A DNA stretch of 54,656 nt, taken from NCBI GenBank assembly GCA_036785375.1, contig JAWMAR010004301.1, positions 1 to 54,656 of the forward strand, read 5' to 3'. Each line of letters starts with the position of its first letter. Position 1 is the stretch's first letter. The notes beneath the pieces were generated by a model that was not told the DNA's origin, ran no database searches, and worked only from the letters and a program-made list of their open reading frames with translations. Source of the stretch: Leucoraja ocellata (lineage: Eukaryota). Positions 47,393 through 54,656 of this stretch are shown one piece after another. Both the position numbers and the translations under genes were made by a program.

Positions 47393-47832
47393 CTGGAAAT
47401 GCTGATGTTTGTTTTACTTGAATTAATCCAGCAAATGGAGAGAGAATTAGCGGATGGGCGGCCATCACTTTGGATATATCAAGGGAACTTGAAGCGGTTT
47501 ATACAACAATGCAAAATCAAGCGTGGTAAAAGCACAAGAGATAGAAGGCACAAGAAACAGCAGACACGGCAATCTTGAACAAAACACAAAGTGCGGGAGT
47601 AATGCACAGGTGGTCAGGCAACACCTGTGGAGAGAATCTTGGGATATTGGATTCAAAATCAGTTTATGCTATAATGACAATGGATTGGTCAGTGTAAAAG
47701 ATATTTATGGTATGAGGTGATTATAACGTTGGTATCTCTCAGTTTATAAATGTTATACACACATTTAAATAAGGTTTGGAGAGCAGATGAGTGAGACGCT
47801 GAGCCAAAATATAACTTAACCAATGCACACAG

Positions 47833-47965
47833 AACATAGAAACATAGAAACTTAGAAACTTAGAAACATAGAAAATAGGTGCAGCAGTAGGCCTTGAGTA
47901 TCTAGAAAGGCGCTATATAAATCCCATCCATTATTATTATTATTATTCGGCACTCCGAGCCAGCA
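47833..47965 (-). mobile_element. CR1 tail with a plus-strand L2 tail inserted (~47891-47947)
   Basis: (CATAGAAA)n...GTAGGCC [TTGAG...AAAGGCGCTATATAAATCCCATCC(ATT)n] CGGC. Confidence 0.8.
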
Positions 47966-48134
47966 TTTTTGGCTTTAAGGCATTAAAAAAAAAACCTTAG
48001 ACATTATCCTGAACAAAATAGCAAAATGTTAACATATTTTGTGGAAGTGGCCTTCCGAGGCCAAACATTTGATTCAACCATTAATCTTTCCGATAGAATA
48101 ACATGATCATTAAATCAGAAGACTTTGGATATAT

Positions 48135-48305
48135 TAGAAACATAGAAACTTAGAAACATAGACAATAGATGCAGGAGTAGGCCATTTGGCCCTTCGAGCC
48201 AGCATCGCCATTCAATATGATCATGGCTGATCTTCCAAAATCAGTACACCATTCCTGCTTTCTCCCCACATCCCTTGATTCCGTTAGCCCTAAGAGCTAT
48301 GTCTA
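48135..48305 (-). mobile_element. CR1 3'UTR
   Basis: GCAGGAGTAGGCCATT.GGCCCTTCGAGCC...GATCATGGCTGATC. Confidence 0.85.
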
Positions 48306-48635
48306 CCTATAACATGAGACGGTGTGTGTGGAGTTAATGGAGTCGACCTGTGATTGGTATTCAGGTAGGTGGTGAGCGGAAGGAGCCTGCATGGAGGCAC
48401 ATGCACGCTGGTCCTCTGTTTAAAACCAGGCGGTAAAATTGCCATATTGAACAGAAGTCCAATCATCAAAGATGTGAAGCATCAAGGCTGTTAGTTAGAG
48501 CGCCAGGCTTCATTGAGCAAAATCTACAGGAGGATGTGCGTTAGTACTACGTGTTCCCAGTGCGGACAATCCTGGATACAGTTTGTAACTTTGTTGCTGC
48601 CCTTTATGTGGCAACTCTTTACATACCCTGGGTAT

Positions 48636-48831
48636 NNNNNNNNNNNNNNNNNNNNNNNNNNNNNNNNNNNNNNNNNNNNNNNNNNNNNNNNNNNNNNNNN
48701 NNNNNNNNNNNNNNNNNNNNNNNNNNNNNNNNNNNNNNNNNNNNNNNNNNNNNNNNNNNNNNNNNNNNNNNNNNNNNNNNNNNNNNNNNNNNNNNNNNNN
48801 NNNNNNNNNNNNNNNNNNNNNNNNNNNNNNN
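48636..48831. other. Assembly gap
   Basis: Run of N. Confidence 1.
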
Positions 48832-48984
48832 GAGAGTCTTAAATTTTCACTGGAATGGCAGCTCCCAAACTTTCATTTGCATGTTGCAGCAGGGTTTTGC
48901 AGTGGCGAGACAAGGTGAAAAAACAAGTGACATCAAGGGTCTCTGCTTCACTTACATTCATCACATGGTAATTTGCAGAGATGT

Positions 48985-49355
48985 TATAGAACATAGAACA
49001 GTACAGCTGAAGAACAGGCCCTTTGGTCCACAATGTCGGTGCCAAACATGATGCCATCTCTTATCTACCTGATACTTCATCTATCATATCCCTCCATTCC
49101 CTGTATATCTATATGTCCATTCCAAAGATCTCTAAAATGCCACTATCTTATCTGCCTCACCACCTCACCAGCAGTGCATTCCAGACACTCAGCACTTTCT
49201 GTATAAAAAAGTTGCCCTGCACATCTCCTTTATACTTTGCCTATCTCACCTTAAACCCATGCCCTCTAGTATTTCCTTTTTCCATCCTGTGAAAGTTTTC
49301 TATCCTATCTATGCCGCTCATAATTTTATATCTTTCTACCAGGTCTCCCCGCAAC
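48985..49355 (-). mobile_element. Older CR1 3' fragment
   Basis: (CATAGAA) tail, GAACAGGCCCTTTGG, CACCTTAAACCCATGCCCTCTAG. Confidence 0.8.
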
Positions 49356-49849
49356 ATGTATTTATCTGTATGAAATTTCTTCAGTGCCTTAAAAACTCCT
49401 TCCAGAATTCCAGTCTTCTAAATGTAACATAATCTTCTTCAGGTGCATTTGTACACCCAGGACAGAGATGCCATTTGATTGCCCAGTCCACCATTTTGTG
49501 GCATTCTAAATATTAGATTGCATGAAAGAAATGAACCAAATTAACAGAAATATGGTTTTCATCCAGAGAGCTCCAGGCAACTTCCTGCATCTGCATTCCT
49601 TCCCATGCCACGCATTTAGAAATATATTGCCATTCTTTGACATTAGGTCTAAATCTTGGAACTCTGTTGCAAACAGCACAGTAGGAAAACATTCTCGAGG
49701 ACAATCGAGGACACCAAATAAACGGTAACCTTCCCAGCATTGTCCACAGCCTCTAAATGCATGAAAAAGGCAAACTCCCAGTTGAACTGCCAACTGACTG
49801 TATTGCAGTTAAAATTAGGTAAGTAGACATGGTCATCAAAGAAATAGCT

Positions 49850-50026
49850 GTTCACGGGCTCCCTGGGGGATTTCCGGGACCTCTGGACACCGCGGGGAGT
49901 GGAATGTATCCTCAATGGGGATGGGGAAATAGTAATTTCATATTTATGAATATTTGCTTTATTTTGTATTATGGTGGTGGGTTTGTTTGTAAATAGTTGA
50001 TTATAATTATTTTTGGTAAAAAAAAG
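49850..50026 (+). mobile_element. L1/Tx1-clade 3' fragment
   Basis: GSLGDFRDLWTPRGVECILNGDGEIVISYL* then short T-rich UTR and A tail. Confidence 0.5.
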
Positions 50027-50029
50027 GTC

Positions 50030-50092
50030 GTCAGAACCCGGGTCTCCGACGCTGCAAGCGCTGCAAGGCACCAACTGTACCACCACGCCATA
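50030..50092 (-). mobile_element. V-SINE head fragment
   Basis: GAACCCGGGTCTCCGACGCTGCAAGCGCTGCAAGGCA. Confidence 0.7.
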
Positions 50093-50499
50093 GTACCGCC
50101 CATCCAGGTGTATCTGGTGCACTCCTGCACCACTACAGCTGAACTACTATCTACCTCATTGGTGTCCCTTGGACTATCCTTGATTGGACTTTGCTGGCTT
50201 TACCTTGCACTAAACGCTATACACTGCAATGGCTCGATTGTAATCATTCACATTCAAAGGGAAGCTAAGAATACAACTTGGAAAATAACTTCAGTTTATT
50301 CTTGTGTATCCTTTTGCTTTGGATTTGAAATATCTTCTCCCAATATGTCTTATGTGTTCTTCCTTTACTCCTCAGAGACGTGCAATGCAACCTTAGACTC
50401 AGAACGTAGATGGTGACAATATTCTGGTATTTACACCTGCCAACTTCTGCATAATGTGAACCAAAGATCCTTCAGGATACTGGCTCCAGCTGCCATGAT

Positions 50500-50620
50500 A
50501 TCAACCACCATTATATGGCAGAGTTATCATAGTGAAGCTATTAAGACGGTGAAGGAGATATTGGAGCTGATGTCCCAAAACGTCTCCGGAGAGAAGTCTC
50601 AATAACATCTTAAATATGGA

Positions 50621-50652
<32 letters not shown>

Positions 50653-51030
50653 AGGAAATGGGGAGGTTTACGGAATGAACTCCGAAGCTTAGGAGCTTAG
50701 CTATTGAATGAATGATGGAGTGATCTTAAGGAATGGTCACACAGCCAGAATGAAAGGAGCGCAGATGTCTCAAAGGGTTACTGGGCTGAAGAAGGTGACA
50801 GAGAATCGGAGGGATTTGATCAGGAGGGATGAGGTGTTTAATATCAAGGCATTGTCCCACCAGCAGCCCCTGTAGGTAAGCAAGCACACTGCGTAACAGG
50901 AATCAACGAATATTGGTGAAAGTCCACAGCAGTTTTGGATAGTCTTGGGTTTATTGTGCTCTAAGTGTATAATATAAGCACAGACATTGACCTGGGAGTG
51001 GGGAAGAGTGGTGATGCACCGTTGAGGCAA
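50500..51030 (-). mobile_element. Ancient L2-like relic
   Basis: GGGAGGTTTA.GGAATGAACTCC.AAGCTTAGG (reverse P.L.SS.P) and GCAGTTTTGGAT (IQNC) patterns. Confidence 0.45.
50618..50653. repeat. (GAAA)n microsatellite
   Basis: Direct reading. Confidence 0.95.
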
Positions 51031-51214
51031 CCCTTCCTCATGTTCATGTTCAGGCAGATTCCTGTGTTTCATCCCAGTGTGTGTTCCCTTTGCCAAGGTC
51101 AGTTTGTGAACACCCGTTCTTGCAACCATCTAAATAACAATGCAAAGTGAGCAAGAGATATATTTTCCATAATATTTTGTGTTCAAACATTGCAGCCTAG
51201 AGATGAGATCAAGT

Positions 51215-51363
51215 AGTTAAAAATAGCGGAGTCAGGGGATATGGGGAGAAGGCAGGAATGGGGGTACTGATTGGGGATGATCAGCCATGATCACATTGAG
51301 TGGCGGTGCTGGCTCAAAGGGCCGAATGGCCTACTCCTGCACCTATTGTCTATTGTCTATTGT
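51215..51363 (+). mobile_element. CR1 3'UTR with (CTATTGT)n tail
   Basis: GGATATGGGGAGAAGGCAGG...GATCAGCCATGATC...GGCCTACTCCTGCACC. Confidence 0.85.
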
Positions 51364-51514
51364 CCAAATACCTCAGATTTGCACACCTCACGTGATTTGT
51401 ACATCACAATATATCATTCTCCGTTCATTTCTCCTTTCGGCAGTAGACCGCATCCTAGGAGTGAATAATGGTGACACACCCAGATAAATCAGATCTTCAT
51501 CGCACAGTTGAAAC

Positions 51515-51642
51515 TAGGAACTGCAGATTCTGGTTTACAAAAAACGACACAAAGTGCAGGAGTAACTCTACGGGTCAGGCAGCATCTCTGGAGAAATGCT
51601 GCCTGACCCGCTGAGTTATTCCAGCACTTTTATGTCCTTCGT
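51515..51642. mobile_element. Short Penelope-type inverted pair (centre deleted)
   Basis: CGGGTCAGGCAGCAT / ATGCTGCCTGACCCG arms. Confidence 0.7.
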
Positions 51643-52194
51643 AGCATAATGCCAGTCTGAATGACTCACCAAATTGTCCATTGTTCCCCATCTCCTCCTC
51701 CGAAAGTACAAGCCCAACAAACCCTATCCCGCTGAGACCCCCACTGACCAACCCAAGCCATGATCTGAATGTTAATCAAGCTCCTCTCCAATGGACCACC
51801 TCCCTGACTCTCTCACCCACCATTCATCACTCACCCACTGACTCCCTCACCCACAGATAAACACCCACCTCCTCACACTATCCATGGTTCAAGTCCCACC
51901 TTCCTCACATGCCAACCTGCACCACCCCCAAACTCCTGATTCGCCTGGAGCCCCAATCTCCATCCATCATCTTGTTCCATGTCAACCCATATCCTGATGA
52001 TCAACCCAACTCACACCCAACATTCACTGGCCACATACCCAACCACCAACAAGGCCCACAACAGTCAGCTGATTTCAGACCTATCACCTGGGAGACACCA
52101 AGGCTCGTTGCTCTGCATGGGCACGTCACTAGCAGACTGTAGGCCAGTCCATCTATCATATTCTCCAGGGTACACTAGAACTTCCAGACGTACT

Positions 52195-52350
52195 TACAAT
52201 ACAACATTTAAAAGACATTTGGGCAGGAAAGGTTCAGTGGGATATGGACCAAAGTTGGGCAGGGAGGACTAGCATACTTGGGGCACCTTGGTCTGCATGG
52301 ACAAGTGGGGCTGAGGCATTGATTCCATGTTGTAATACTCTATCTATGTC
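52195..52350 (+). mobile_element. Older CR1 3' end
   Basis: CATTTAAAAGACATTTG...GGGATATGGACCAAA. Confidence 0.7.
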
Positions 52351-53283
52351 TGTAGCAGTGGATCCTATAATGCCTCAACACTCATTATTTTGCATACCCA
52401 AGGTTTCTTTTCTTTTTTTATCCGCAGATCATTCGCAAACCTTTGGGGCCTAGTAACTCTTATAAACTGCTGGAGACCGCAAAGCAAAGTTATATCTTAG
52501 CAACCTGAGCTTTGCTACATTCTTTGGAAATCCAGAGACTCTGGGGCAAATACAAAGAATTGTCAGGTATGTTGGAATAGGCAAGTCCCAACTCTGCTAC
52601 CATGTGGAGTTAATAAGTCGATCAGGCAAAACATATCCAAACTTGGCCGTTTCCTGGAATATTAAAATATAAAATGCAAGTGGTGTACATATTAATCTGT
52701 GATAAATCTTGCCTTTTGTAAGAAACGTCCGATGGTCCAACAGTCCTGATGTGAATGCTGGTTAACAGTAAATAAAAGTGACAAACACTTGAAACGGCTT
52801 CAGGTGGAAAGAAAACATTACTTTGCCGTCCATAACAAAGCCGTTAATCTCTGCATTCCGTCGTGATGAGACGTGTTACGCACTGGAAACTGATCACTGG
52901 CATTAAATAATGTGAGAAAATCCCGCTGGTTTTATTGAGCTCCATACATTCACTGGATGATTGGAGCTGGCTGTACACATTAGAACGCAGCAAGCCAACA
53001 ATATTTCTGCATCGGATCTGTGACCAAAGACAAAAAAAATCACTACTGACAACTTGATGTCAGCGGATGAGTTAGAGCTGGGGCAGAGCATGCATCCGCA
53101 CTCACGGAAAACTCAAATCAAGCTCAATTTCCTCCGACAATTGTAACAGACCTGATGAGAGGAACTACAGCAGCTACTCCCAACAAAAGCTCAGTAAATG
53201 TGCCAGAGAGAATAAAAAATAGTGAGTGAGACAGACTCACCGACTGTGGGCTGCTATTCAATCAATGTCACTTAGAACAAGGA

Positions 53284-53879
53284 GGTCTGAAGAAGGGTCC
53301 CGACCCAAAATGTCACCTATCCATGTTCTCCAGATATGCTGCCTGCCTCACCGAGTTACTACAGCATTTTGTGTCCTTTTGTGTAAACTAAGTAAGTAAG
53401 TTTATTGGCCAAGTATTCACATACAAGGAATTTGCCTTGGTGCTCCGCCCACAAGTAACAACAAGACATACAGTGACAGTTACGAATGACTCAGAAAACA
53501 CTAAACATTAATAATAATAAAACATTAATGATAAAACACCATTGATCAAGCATGTGAACCAACAAATTACCAGATCAAAGGGAGGCTACAGATTTTTGGC
53601 TGTTGAGTAGAGCAACTACTCGTGGATAAAAACTGTTTTTATGTCTGGCTGTGGCAGCTTTGGCAGTCTGGAGCCGCCTTCCAGAGGGAAGTGGTTCAAA
53701 GAGTTTGTGGCCAGGGTGAGAGAGGTCAGAGATGATTTTGCCTGCTCACTTCCTGGCCCTAGTGTACAGTTCATCAATGGAGGGAAGGTTGCAGCCAATA
53801 ATCTTCTCTGCTGATCGGACGATTCGCTGCAGCCACCAGGTGTCGTGCTTGGTAACATCTGCAGTTTCTTGTTTCTATA
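53284..53879 (+). mobile_element. Short Penelope-type element split by a Rex1 insertion
   Basis: CTGAAGAAGGGTCCCGACCCAAAATGTCACC...GTGTAAAC, resuming AACATCTGCAGTTTCTTG at ~53853. Confidence 0.75.
53389..53835 (-). mobile_element. Rex1/Babar LINE 3' fragment
   Basis: Minus strand LQRIVRSAEKIIGCNLPSIDELY...IISDLSHPGHKLFEPLPSGRR...KNSFYP; tail CAATAAA(CTTA)n. Confidence 0.88.
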
Positions 53880-54469
53880 GGTCATCAAGCTTGGTTGATT
53901 CTTAAATTTCCCAATCATCTCCGTGCTGTTTGGGAACAACATATTAACCTATGGTGCAATTATCTTACTGCCGTTTTAACCAAATAGAAAATAAAACCTA
54001 TTCAAATTATAGTACAAGGGAAAATAGTTTACATTCTCGCTCACTCTCTATCAACTCTTATTCCATTTATACAAAGGTGCGTTGATTTAGTCTTGCCACA
54101 CTAGTTCGAGTCAGCTTCATTGTCCAGACAATTTCTCAAGTTATATTTTGTTCTATGGTGCCATAATCAACAAAATCAGAGGAACTGTGAGAATATGAAC
54201 AACACATTCAGCTATGTATTGCACGCGATTTTAATCCCCGCAAGATTAATGGGCCAGATCTGCTGAAATAAATAACAGTCTGTTAATGATGCACGCTGTT
54301 CTTAATGTGCAAATCGTCCATTATATCAGAGGGCTGAGAGAGAGACTTTGAGTTGTTAACCTTCAGGGTTTGGATTAACTCAACTCCACAGTTTCTTTGC
54401 ACAAAAGACATTTGAACTTTACCCTCCCGTTATTTTTAACAAATTGCTGCGTTTGCCGACAGTCTTTCT

Positions 54470-54656
54470 GTTATTTGTTTTTAAATCTCTGAATGGGCTC
54501 GCCCCGCCTTACCTCTCTGAGCTGCTCCACTCATACGCTCCTGCCCGGTCCCTCAGGTCAGCTGGTCAGCTGCTCCTGGAGGTACCGAGGTCTAGTCGGA
54601 GGCTCAGAGGGGATAGAGCCTTCTCTGTTGCTGCTCTGGCACTCTGGAACACCCTG
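54470..54656 (+). mobile_element. L2 LINE ORF2 C-terminal fragment (runs off the window)
   Basis: KSLNGLAPPYLSELLHSYAPARSLRS...RGDRAFSVAALALWNTL. Confidence 0.88.

Noticed and set aside
51660-52100. C-rich tract with CTCACCCAC repeats and Pro/His/Thr-rich ORFs (similar tract at 21000-21300)
   Set aside because: Low-complexity sequence; the ORFs reflect base composition
53150-53175. CTGATGAG heptamer resembling a hammerhead start
   Set aside because: No stem II or GAAA follows

Overview
Eukaryotic, repeat-dense, apparently non-coding (intronic or intergenic) vertebrate DNA. The repeat complement points to a cartilaginous fish, probably a skate or ray (inference). I cannot identify any intact host protein-coding gene. 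The ORFs I can assign are LINE fragments (CR1, L2, Rex1/Babar, Tx1); the rest look like chance ORFs in SINEs, MITEs or unique sequence, or artefacts of three N-gaps. The window holds ~18 HE1-type V-SINEs, many 5'-truncated CR1 3' ends, two related MITEs (one with a clear Harbinger-type TAA TSD) and old SINE/LINE relics. The most interesting signal is ~25 copies of a short non-coding element. Its best-preserved copies carry a minimal hammerhead-ribozyme core (CTGAAGA-A-GGGTCTCGACCC-GAAAC-GTC). The element often forms head-to-head palindromes or nests, and two copies have 10-11 bp target-site duplications, consistent with Penelope-derived, ribozyme-bearing non-autonomous retroelements. Other notable items are a perfect 88-bp fold-back duplication inside a decayed CR1 and a possible first exon/promoter on the minus strand at ~17.7-18.2 kb. 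Family names come from recognised motifs, not database searches, and most boundaries are approximate.
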